From an uncultured Clostridia bacterium (GTDB taxonomy: Bacteria; Bacillota; Clostridia; Christensenellales; CAG-314), in contig CANRHP010000003.1 in NCBI GenBank assembly GCA_947630455.1, forward strand, positions 32,550 to 96,549: DNA of 64,000 bases, in the 5' to 3' direction. Shown here piece after piece: positions 10,058 through 18,700 of this stretch. How positions within the stretch are numbered: the stretch's first letter is position 1; each line of letters starts with the position of its first letter. The position numbers and the translations under genes are program-made. The notes under the pieces were generated by a model, which was not told the origin of the DNA, ran no database searches, and saw only the letters and a program-made list of their open reading frames with translations.

Positions 10058-10106
10058 AAACAATTGGAAATATTCCGAAAATATAACCTAAAAAGGAGAC
10101 GATTTT

Positions 10107-10811
10107 ATGCCAATTCCTACCCCTCATATTGCCGCAAAAGCAGGCGATTTTGCACAAACGGTACTAATGCCGGGCGATCCGCTGCGCGCCAAATACATTG
10201 CCGAACATTATCTGACGGATCCTGTGTTGGTCAATAATGTACGCGGAGTTCAGGGCTATACGGGCTTTTACAAGGGAAAGCGCGTTTCTGTGATGGCAAG
10301 CGGTATGGGTATTCCGTCCATAGGCATCTACAGCTACGAGCTGTTCAATTTCTACGGAGTGGAAAATATCATACGTATAGGCTCAGCCGGCGCGATTCAT
10401 CCTGATTTGAAGGTGCGCGATCTCGTGTTTGGTCAAGGCTCATGCACAAACAGCAGCTATGCCAAGCAGTTTGGAATGCCCGGAACGATAGCGCCCATTT
10501 GCAGCTACGAATTGTTGGAAAAAGCCGTCGCTAAAGCGAAGGAATTGGGCTGCACCTACAAAGTGGGTAATATTTTAGCAAGCGACACTTTTTACGACGA
10601 CGGCGGCAGCAGCGCTGTTTGGGGCAAGATGGGCGTACTTGCGGTGGAAATGGAAAGCGCTGCGCTCTATCTCAATGCTGCGCGCGCAGGCAAAAAAGCG
10701 CTTTGTATCTGCACGATAAGCGACCATTTGCTTACCGGTGAGGAGCTTACCAGCGAGGAGCGCCAAAATTCTTTCAACGAAATGATGGTGCTTGCTTTGG
10801 AAATCGCCTGA
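10107..10811 (+). CDS. deoD: Purine nucleoside phosphorylase, DeoD type
   Basis: MPIPTPHIAAKAGDFAQTVLMPGDPLRAKYIA... and AVEMESAALY. SD AAAGGAG lies upstream. Confidence 0.9.
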   Translation: MPIPTPHIAAKAGDFAQTVLMPGDPLRAKYIAEHYLTDPVLVNNVRGVQGYTGFYKGKRVSVMASGMGIPSIGIYSYELFNFYGVENIIRIGSAGAIHPDLKVRDLVFGQGSCTNSSYAKQFGMPGTIAPICSYELLEKAVAKAKELGCTYKVGNILASDTFYDDGGSSAVWGKMGVLAVEMESAALYLNAARAGKKALCICTISDHLLTGEELTSEERQNSFNEMMVLALEIA

Positions 10812-10829
10812 AAATGATAAAATAAATTG

Positions 10830-10875
10830 TTCCACCCGCGACAAGCCAAAGCGCTGTAGCCGGGTGGAATTTTTG
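10830..10875 (+). terminator. Terminator after deoD
   Basis: TTCCACCCG (10830-10838) pairs with CGGGTGGAA (10861-10869), followed by TTTTT. Confidence 0.6.
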
Positions 10876-11074
10876 TTTCGGCATATCACTTTTTCGTCCT
10901 GCTAAAACGTGATACGAGGTGCGTCGATCAAGAGGTATGCCATTTTACTTGACTTATATATAATTCTTTGCTAAAATACCACCGTATGCTATCATGGTTG
11001 ACTATGCTCAATTGACGGATAGTATCCCATTACGATCACAAGGCGCCCTAAGCGCTGACATAAGGAGAAACAAT

Positions 11075-11209
11075 ATGAAAAGAACTTATCAACCCAAGAA
11101 AAGACAGAGGAGCAAGGTGCACGGTTTCCGCGCAAGAATGAAGACCACCGGCGGACGCAGAACGCTTGCAAGACGCAGAAACAAGGGTCGTCACAGCATT
11201 TCAGCATAG
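11075..11209 (+). CDS. rpmH: 50S ribosomal protein L34
   Basis: [22 protein letters not shown]... (44 aa). SD AAGGAGA lies upstream. The long track ORF start was rejected. Confidence 0.95.
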   Translation: MKRTYQPKKRQRSKVHGFRARMKTTGGRRTLARRRNKGRHSISA

Positions 11210-11221
11210 CAGAGGGCTGTT

Positions 11222-11554
11222 TTGAAGTCTATCTACAGACTAAAAAAGAATTATCAGTACAACTATGTGTACAAGCATGCCGCGAGCGTTGCGGATAAAA
11301 ATTTTATCATGCTTTACTGCACGTCACATTGCAGCCCCACAAAAATAGGTTTTTCCGTCAGCAAAAAATACGGAAAGGCGGTTTGTAGAAATAAAATACG
11401 CCGTCAGATGAAGGCGGCAGTGTCTTCTTTTACCGATAGGCTTGCAAACGGCTACAACGTGGTTTTTATTCCGCGCCTGCAGCAGCCATATTTGTTTGCC
11501 GATGTTGCGGACAGCATAGGCAAGCTACTGAAAAAAGCGGGGTTACTGTCGTGA
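11222..11554 (+). CDS. rnpA: Ribonuclease P protein component
   Basis: Motif IGFSVSKKYGKAVCRNKIRRQMK. Immediately follows rpmH. TTG start as in the track. Confidence 0.9.
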   Translation: MKSIYRLKKNYQYNYVYKHAASVADKNFIMLYCTSHCSPTKIGFSVSKKYGKAVCRNKIRRQMKAAVSSFTDRLANGYNVVFIPRLQQPYLFADVADSIGKLLKKAGLLS

Positions 11555-11796
11555 AGTACGTTGCAATCGCGTTGCTCAAGCTGTACAAAGCAACTTTTTC
11601 CAAATGGAAGGGCGGCAAAAGATGTAAATATACGCCCAGCTGTTCGGTCTATTCGATGGAGGCGTATCGAAGCTTCGGATTTGTAGTCGGAAGCTGGCTG
11701 ACGTTGAAGCGTCTGTGCAGATGCGCACCATGGGGCAAGGGCGGGTTTGATCCCATTCCCACAAATCTTCGTGGCAATATGAAGTGGCATGTGTAG
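11551..11796 (+). CDS. yidD: Membrane protein insertion efficiency factor YidD
   Basis: CKYTPSCSVYSMEA...RCAPWGKGGFDPIP. Overlaps the rnpA stop and has a GTG start. Confidence 0.9.
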   Translation: MKYVAIALLKLYKATFSKWKGGKRCKYTPSCSVYSMEAYRSFGFVVGSWLTLKRLCRCAPWGKGGFDPIPTNLRGNMKWHV

Positions 11797-11822
11797 TACT
11801 GAGGGCAATTTTAGGAGAAGAA

Positions 11823-13199
11823 ATGAATAAAAAGACAAAAAGTGCTCTTATACTTGTAGTATTGGCGGTGTTTTGCCTTGGAATTTTTGTCAGCTGCAAT
11901 CAAACTGCACCGGACTTTTTCGATTACTCCGACGACGACTTGGGAGTGATGGGCAAGCTTGTCAGATGGATGCATAGTTGGATCGGCAATTACGGCTGGA
12001 CAGTTGTTGTGTTTACCGTTTTTTTGAAGATCCTCATGCTGCCTTTGGACATTTGGCAGCGCTACGCCTCACGCAAAAGCAGTCTCAAAATGCAGCAAAT
12101 GCAGCCGTTGATGGACGATATCGACAGGCGTTACGGCGCAAATACTCAACGCGCCAATGAGGAGAAGCAAAAGCTCTACAAAAAACAAGGCTTCAGCATG
12201 ATGAGCAGTTGTTTGCCCATGATCGTTTCCATGGTGATATTCTTCATTATGTTCGGCGGGCTCAACAATTACTCCAGATACAGCAGCGTCACTAATTTCA
12301 GAGATCTCACTCAAGCCTACTACAACGCGTATTCGGAGCAGCTTACAAACAATGAAGAGTTGAAGGACTACTACTACAACGGCTTTTCCTACATCGAGGA
12401 GGGCAAGCAGATAGTAGTAAAGGGCTACAATGCCACTCTTGATGAGTTGATAGCCTCCGACGAAAACAAGGATTCTGTCACTAAGGACGAGATACTTTCA
12501 AAGCTGCAAAATCTGGTCAAGTGTCAAGGTCAGGGTATACGTGCGGTGCGTTCGGCAGAGGAACAGGGCTTGGTTTCCCAAGGTCTAAGCAAAGAAGCCG
12601 AAGAATCAGCCCTTGCAATTGTAAAGGAGTACTACGAAGAAAATCACGAAAGCTGGCTTTGGATAAAGAACGTTTGGCAGCCCGATACTTGGGCGCCCGT
12701 CATGCAGCCCTACGGCGGCAACGGCATAGCAAGCCAATTCAACGGCGGCGCATTTTCCACTTCCGTTGACGCGGAGTCCTTTACCGATTGCGAAACGATC
12801 TACAACGCTATTCGCAGCGCAGTGATGCAGGGCGACGGCTACAACGGAAAGGGCGGCTGGAACGGTCTTATGATACTGCCCTTTGCTTCCATAGGCTTAA
12901 GCTTCTTGTCCATGTTTATTTCTCAACGCATGGAGCGCAAAAACCGCAAGGGCGAGGTAGTAGAGCAAAATCAGCAGCAAAAAGTAACCAACAGAACAAT
13001 GATGATTATCATGCCGTTGATGATGGCGTGGTTCGGTTTTATCTATACAGGCGCATTTGCAATCTACATGGTGTGCAACTATACACTGAGCATCATTTCC
13101 ACAGTAGCGCTGCGCTACCCCGTGGAAAGGATGGTTTCGAAGCGTCTTAACAAGGATGATGCAAAGAACAATGTCGTCAAGGCTAAATACAAGAGGTAG
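11823..13199 (+). CDS. yidC: Membrane protein insertase YidC/SpoIIIJ family (lipoprotein type) with a long internal insertion
   Basis: Lipobox-like LGIFVSC, KMQQMQPLMDDIDRRY and WLWIKNVWQPD motifs. At 458 aa it is far longer than typical Gram-positive YidC. Confidence 0.85.
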   Translation: MNKKTKSALILVVLAVFCLGIFVSCNQTAPDFFDYSDDDLGVMGKLVRWMHSWIGNYGWTVVVFTVFLKILMLPLDIWQRYASRKSSLKMQQMQPLMDDIDRRYGANTQRANEEKQKLYKKQGFSMMSSCLPMIVSMVIFFIMFGGLNNYSRYSSVTNFRDLTQAYYNAYSEQLTNNEELKDYYYNGFSYIEEGKQIVVKGYNATLDELIASDENKDSVTKDEILSKLQNLVKCQGQGIRAVRSAEEQGLVSQGLSKEAEESALAIVKEYYEENHESWLWIKNVWQPDTWAPVMQPYGGNGIASQFNGGAFSTSVDAESFTDCETIYNAIRSAVMQGDGYNGKGGWNGLMILPFASIGLSFLSMFISQRMERKNRKGEVVEQNQQQKVTNRTMMIIMPLMMAWFGFIYTGAFAIYMVCNYTLSIISTVALRYPVERMVSKRLNKDDAKNNVVKAKYKR

Positions 13200-13205
13200 C
13201 GCTAA

Positions 13206-13790
13206 ATGATAAAGGAAAATTCAATTGAGAAGGCGGTCGCCGCCGAAACGACTGCGGAAACAACCGCGCAACAAAATGTCGTGGAATTTTTGCAAAATGT
13301 ACTGGCAAGGATGGGCTTGGACTGCGGCGTCGAGGCAACCGAAAGTGAAGATACTCTTTTTCTCAATATCACCGGCAAGGACGCGTCGGGTGCGATCGGT
13401 TATCGCGGAGAAACACTGGACGCGCTGCAATATCTGTGCAGTCTTGTGCACAACGGCAGGATCGACGGGCACAAGCGCGTGACCTTGGATGCGGAAAACT
13501 ACCGTTCCAAGCGTGAAAAATCGCTGCAGCGTCTTGCGGGTAATTTGGAGCAAAAGGTAAAGCGTACAGGCAAGCAAGCGTCGTTGGAACCGATGAATCC
13601 CTATGAGCGCAGGGTTATTCACACTACGCTGCAGGGCAGCAAGTATGTAACTACACAAAGCGAAGGCGAAGGCTTGTCTCGTCATGTGGTTATCACGCCG
13701 ATAGAGAAGAACGATATTTTGAACAGTCCAAATGCACCGCGCAAAACGCTGAACTTCGTTTATCGTTCGGAGAAAAAACGCCGCCGCTGA
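13206..13790 (+). CDS. jag: Jag/KhpB RNA-binding protein (KH + R3H domains)
   Basis: R3H-type segment MNPYERRVIHTTLQ. Lies in the conserved position after yidC. Confidence 0.85.
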   Translation: MIKENSIEKAVAAETTAETTAQQNVVEFLQNVLARMGLDCGVEATESEDTLFLNITGKDASGAIGYRGETLDALQYLCSLVHNGRIDGHKRVTLDAENYRSKREKSLQRLAGNLEQKVKRTGKQASLEPMNPYERRVIHTTLQGSKYVTTQSEGEGLSRHVVITPIEKNDILNSPNAPRKTLNFVYRSEKKRRR

Positions 13791-13812
13791 TAAAAAAACA
13801 TTAAGTAAAATA

Positions 13813-13837
13813 GGCGCCGCAGCTGCGGCGCCTTTAT
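13813..13837 (+). terminator. Terminator after jag
   Basis: Perfect 20-nt palindrome GGCGCCGCAGCTGCGGCGCC, followed by TTTAT. Confidence 0.6.
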
Positions 13838-14020
13838 GCTACAATGGTAAAATTTAATGTTGACATCAATGCACTACGCAAAAAATTATAATAAATTTCA
13901 ATTACAAATAAAAATTTATAATAATTTTTATAAAAATTTGATTGTTTTCGTCAATATATTATAAAAAATTGTTTGACAATGTAACTGTTTATAATTTTTT
14001 AGCAGTCATTGACATAGCAA

Positions 14021-14053
14021 ATCAAAAGAGCAGCCGTGTTCGTAGCGGCTGCT
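14021..14053 (-). terminator. Terminator after rubrerythrin
   Basis: AGCAGCCG (14029-14036) pairs with CGGCTGCT (14046-14053). CTTTTG follows on the minus strand. Confidence 0.55.
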
Positions 14054-14088
14054 TTCAAATTGCTTGCAGGCTTACATTCGCTGCGGCG

Positions 14089-14685
14089 TCAAGAGCCCAA
14101 GCTTTCCAATTTTAGGCATACGGTGCCCTGCTTCGCGCCGCAAAGGGGACAGGTATCCCAAGCTTCCTTGCCCATTGCCATGTGTCCGCAGCCGGAGCAC
14201 ATCCACATCACCTCGTGGTCCTTTTTGTAAAGCGTGCCGTTTTTCATTTGGTTGTACAGTTCCGTAAAGACAGCTTCATGCTGCATTTCCACCTTGGCTG
14301 TCAGTTCAAACAGATCGGCAATGTCGGCAAATCCCTCATCACGCGCAACCTGAGCGGCGGGCAAATAGATATCGTAGGCTTCTACATGCTCGTCGTCGGC
14401 AGCAAACTTGAGGTTGTCCAAGATGTCCCATTTTTCTTTGAAGGGAAAGCCCCCCGAAATGTCGATGTTTTTTATGGGCTTGTCAGACGCCTTTTGCAAA
14501 AAGGTGTAGAACATTCTCGCATGGTTAAATTCCTGATAGGCAATGGAATCAACAATTTCCGCCATTGTTTTGTAGCCGTTGTAACGCATGCCGTATTCCA
14601 TAAATTCGTACCGCGTACGCGCCTGTGTTTCGGCGGAAAAGGCTTTGGCAAGATTCAAATAGGTTTGACTGTTTATCAATTTCAT
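14089..14685 (-). CDS. rbr: Rubrerythrin
   Basis: N-terminal ferritin-like di-iron domain (EFMEY, EFNH, DDEH) and a C-terminal rubredoxin motif CSGCGH...CPLCG. Start at ATG 14685 after AAGGAGA. Confidence 0.9.
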   Translation of the reverse strand: MKLINSQTYLNLAKAFSAETQARTRYEFMEYGMRYNGYKTMAEIVDSIAYQEFNHARMFYTFLQKASDKPIKNIDISGGFPFKEKWDILDNLKFAADDEHVEAYDIYLPAAQVARDEGFADIADLFELTAKVEMQHEAVFTELYNQMKNGTLYKKDHEVMWMCSGCGHMAMGKEAWDTCPLCGAKQGTVCLKLESLGS

Positions 14686-14960
14686 ATATTCGTTCTCCTT
14701 TGTTGAAATTATTGCCAAGGACAGACCTTTCTAAACAGAAAAATGACATTTGTTCAAAGGATAAATATATAGTAAAAATAACTATAAAAACATTGTTTAA
14801 AACAGTTGACCGCAAATTTGCCCTGTGATAGAATTGCGTTGCATTGAAAGAGCTTGTGTGTTTGAGATACGTTTGTATCTCTTTTTTTTTGCAAAAAAAT
14901 GTGATCTTCGCGCAAAAGCGCGTGGAAATATTGTCCCCAAACAAAAAGGAGGAAAAAATT

Positions 14961-15368
14961 ATGGAAGGACAAGGCAAAACAGACAGACACCGAAGTGTGT
15001 CGGCAATCAAAATTTTCAAAATGACGGCAATGGCAATGTTTATTTTGCTGATTGCAGCGTCTTTTATTTACGTCGTCAACGGTTTGTTTGACGTTCCGCA
15101 CGTCAATGTTCCGCATATTGCAGGCAGGCTGAGCGATGTAAGCAACGTCAAGTATCTGCGGCAGGACAAGCTGTTCACCTGGGATCCCGTCAGTTACGCT
15201 ACGTACTACATTGTGGAGGTAAACAACGCGCAATTTACAGTCAAAGCAAACGAGTGGCGCTGTCCCGAGGAACTCGACGCAGCACTTTTCCGCATAAAAG
15301 CGGTGGACGCTTCGGGAAAACGCGGCGAATCCGGTTGGAGCTATTGCGATGTTGACTCAATTGATTGA
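14961..15368 (+). CDS. Small membrane-anchored protein with an FN3-like ectodomain
   Basis: SD AAAGGAGG precedes ATG 14961. One TM helix (MAMFILLIAASFIYVV). The WDPVSYATYYIVEVNN segment looks fibronectin-III-like. Confidence 0.6.
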   Translation: MEGQGKTDRHRSVSAIKIFKMTAMAMFILLIAASFIYVVNGLFDVPHVNVPHIAGRLSDVSNVKYLRQDKLFTWDPVSYATYYIVEVNNAQFTVKANEWRCPEELDAALFRIKAVDASGKRGESGWSYCDVDSID

Positions 15369-15382
15369 TGATTTGTATTTTC

Positions 15383-15411
15383 AACGGCTTTTTAGATAAA
15401 GCCGTTTTTTT
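15383..15411 (+). terminator. Terminator after the 14961-15368 CDS
   Basis: AACGGCTTT pairs with AAAGCCGTT, followed by a T-run. Confidence 0.65.
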
Positions 15412-15480
15412 GTACGCGTCGACGGACTGGCATTGTCAAGGCGCCGCTCAACGCAAAAAAAAGGCGGCGCATACGGCCGC

Positions 15481-15513
15481 TTTTGTGTACACAAAATAGA
15501 TTATTCTATGTAC
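15481..15513. promoter_or_regulatory. Upstream operator-like palindromes ahead of the adhesin gene
   Basis: 16-bp perfect palindrome TTTTGTGTACACAAAA (15481-15496) abuts ATAGATTATTCTATGTAC (15496-15513). The exact reverse complement of the latter recurs at 15646-15663. Confidence 0.5.
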
Positions 15514-15562
15514 CTAATCATAAGAAATTTTATACAATTTTAAGCATAGTGTCAAGAGTTTT

Positions 15563-15591
15563 TTGCATTATAGTTACAAAATTTATATATT
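15563..15591 (+). promoter_or_regulatory. Putative promoter of the adhesin gene
   Basis: TTGCAT (15563-15568), a 17-nt spacer, then TATATT (15586-15591). Lies between the two operator arms. Confidence 0.45.
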
Positions 15592-15645
15592 TTTTTTCTG
15601 TTATCTATATAAATACGGAAGTTTGTCTCCGGCAGCCGGATTCAT

Positions 15646-15670
15646 GTACATAGAATAATCTATTCTATGT
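15646..15670. promoter_or_regulatory. Downstream operator-like palindrome in the adhesin 5' UTR
   Basis: GTACATAGAATAATCTAT is the reverse complement of 15496-15513. It also contains the local palindrome CATAGAATA-ATC-TATTCTATG (15649-15669). Confidence 0.5.
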
Positions 15671-15706
15671 GTTTGTAAAAAAATTTTTTACGGAGGTAGA
15701 AATCAG

Positions 15707-18700
15707 ATGAAACAGAACAAAGCGCAGCTATGGTATAAGCCGCTTTTACTCGTTTTGTGTGCGTTGTTTGTGGTTACCATCGGGTTGTCGACCGCAACTA
15801 CGACGTATGCCGCACGCGGAGGCGCCGATACTTGGGTCGATGTAGGCGAGATCTACAATGACGACGGCGACGCTTTCAATGCAACGGAACTTAACAAATT
15901 ATACAGATATCTTACGCAGGAAGGGACGTTTGATGCCGTAAAGACTGCAGCAACAGACGGAAAGACTTCCAATGATTTCCGTACATTGAACGGTGGGAAA
16001 AACATCACAGTTACGTTTGGCGGCAAGAAGTGGGATGTTGTATATCTCACGACGGCTAAAAACGGCGACGTCATTCTCGACTTGTGGCGCTCTGCCGATA
16101 CCTTAACGGATACGGATAAGGCGCAATTTGCCCCTTGGTCCAATAACCCGACGCCCGCCGATACGTATCCTTCCGCTATGTACTCCACCAGCATGATCCG
16201 CGTTGTGACGTTGAATGCGGGCGGGAAATATTCGACGGCCGGCGCCGTTCTGTCGGAACTGCAACAGCAAAGTAAAGACAACCAATATGCCCGCTTTACA
16301 ATGAGCAGTGTTGACAACAGCTTGACAAAGTATATTGCCAAGCCTTCTGAAGTCGGATATCAGGCAAAGGAGTATAGCGATAATATAAGTCGCGATAATA
16401 GTAAAGAAGCTAACAAAGGCTTTTATCACCCAAATTCCTCCTATGAGTATGTGGTGAATAAGGAGCTGAACACTAACGCAGAATGGAATACCTCTGTTTC
16501 GACTCAAGATGGCACTCAGTGTAGGTATAACTACGGCACAACAGAAAAGGATAGTACACGTGAGGAAGGTGCGAAGTACGGCTCCTGGAAGGATGACTAT
16601 CTTTGGCTGCCTTCTATAGAGGAAACAGGCAGGGAGGAAAGTTCCACCGCGGCGAGAACCGGTATTGGTATTTGGCACACCGATGAATCTCTCAGAAGTG
16701 CAACTGGTTCTGCTTGGACGCGTAGCGGTCACACTGGTAAAGCGGATGTAGCAATTGCGCTTTCGAATAAGGGTATATATACCAATAATACTAATGCTAC
16801 CGTAACAAAAAATAATTATGTTCGTCCGGCGCTTCACTTGAATCTGACTGCCGCTTCAAAGGCCGTGGCGCTCAGCAAAGCGGATTGGAAGGATGAATCC
16901 CAACCCTACGATCCTCAAGGCGTGAAGTGGGTGGTCAATGCGGATAACGTGACGATCGAGGCCGTGCCTCTCGAGGGCGACACCTCTTGGTGGGACGGAG
17001 CGACTCATACCATCACGGCAAACAAGGTCGGCACGTACCAGCTCAAGGTCACGCCGACGGGCGGCCTCCAATGGGATGACAAAACGTCAGATCCTATCAC
17101 AGTCAAATACACAGTGACCAAGGGTGAAATCACAGTGACTTGGGAGGCGGCAGAGAGCTACACTTACACGGGCGCCGTACAGGAGAAGCCCACGGCAACG
17201 GCTAAGGATCTTCCGGAGGGCCTGACGATCAAGGTCGCGGAACAAAGCGGCAAAGAATTTAAGGACGCCGGTACCTATACCTTTGAAGCGACCCTTACAG
17301 GGACAGACGCAGACAACTATACCATCAAGACAGGCACCAATACGAAGGAATGCACGATCGGGGCGGTTGCGATTGCCGTCGAATGGGAAGACAAGACCTT
17401 CCCCTACACGGGAGAAACATACGGCTATCCCACGGCAACGGCAAAGGGCCTCGGCGAAGACGTGCTTACCGTCACGGTCACGATGAAAGGCGAGGCGAAG
17501 GACTTTAAAGATGCAGGCACTTACACCTTTACGGCAGTTCTTGAGGGCACCACAAAGGACAACTACACCATCACGGAAGGGACCGCGGAAAAGGAATATT
17601 ACATCGGCAAAAAGTCTGTCACCGCACCGTCATCTTTTGACAGCAAAACGTACAATGGCGAAGAACAGACGGTTGTCGTTGAAAGCAGTGAGTATCAATT
17701 AAAAGAAGGCAGCGGCAAGGGCACAACCGTCGGCAAATACGACGTCGTTCTCCAGCTCAAGGACGCAGACAACTACAAATGGTCTGACTCCGATTTGAGC
17801 GAAAAGACGCTGTCCCAGGCGTTTGAGATCACCCAAGCAGCTATCGCGGTTACTTGGTCGGGAGCAGATTTCTCTTACAAGTATACCTACGGCAGTGTGA
17901 CTACGCCCACGGCAACGGCAAAGGGCTTTGGCAGTGACGTGTTGACAGTAAAGGTCAGCGAAAGCTCCGGCAAGGAGTTCAAGAATGTGGGCGAGTACAC
18001 CTTTACGGCAGCTCTCGAGGGCACCGCAAAGGACAACTACACTGTTTCCAATCCCACACAGGCTTACACCATTGAGCGGGCAAGCCTCAACGCGGCTCTT
18101 TCCGCAAGCGTAGTCTACGGCGAGTCGATAAGCGCCAAGGATGTGACCGTGACGATTTCCGACGGGCTGCAGAATGGCGACGACAAAGCGACAATTGAGG
18201 AGCAGGCGAAAGCAAAAGTGGAGGCATTCAGCTTCAGCTACACGGCGGGCAAAACGCATGTCGGCGACGAGGCGACTGTATCCGCTGAGCAGGTGCAGCT
18301 CGACAATTACACGGTAACCTTCACACAGGGCAAGATTACTGTAAATCAGCGCAAAATCAAGCTGACGCTCGAAGGCGCACGCTCCAACACCTACGGCGAT
18401 GAGGCACATGGTGTTATCACTGCGAGCGCCAAGCTCAGCGAAGGCGAGGGCAATTGGTACGGCAGCGACGCCGATATAGAGGAGCTCAACAAGCAGCTTG
18501 ATTATAAATTTAAGAAAGACGGTGCAGGCGCAGCCTCGGCTTATGTGCCGACAATGGGCGCGGGCAACTACACCATTTCCGTTGAGTGGAAGGAAGGCAG
18601 CTCGCTTGCAAAGGACTATGAGCTTGTCGGCGAGCCCCAAGACGCAAGCTACACCGTAAATAAAGCTATCCTGACCGTAACGGCAAACGAGCATGCCGTC

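Noticed and set aside
13838-14020. An A/T-rich spacer between convergent jag and rbr containing three TTGACA and several TATAAT-like hexamers (a possible orphan sRNA promoter or DUE).
   Set aside because: The hexamer pairs have non-canonical spacings (11 or 21 nt). There is no downstream hairpin-delimited transcript unit and no DnaA boxes. These are most likely chance motifs in A/T-rich terminator-flanking DNA.
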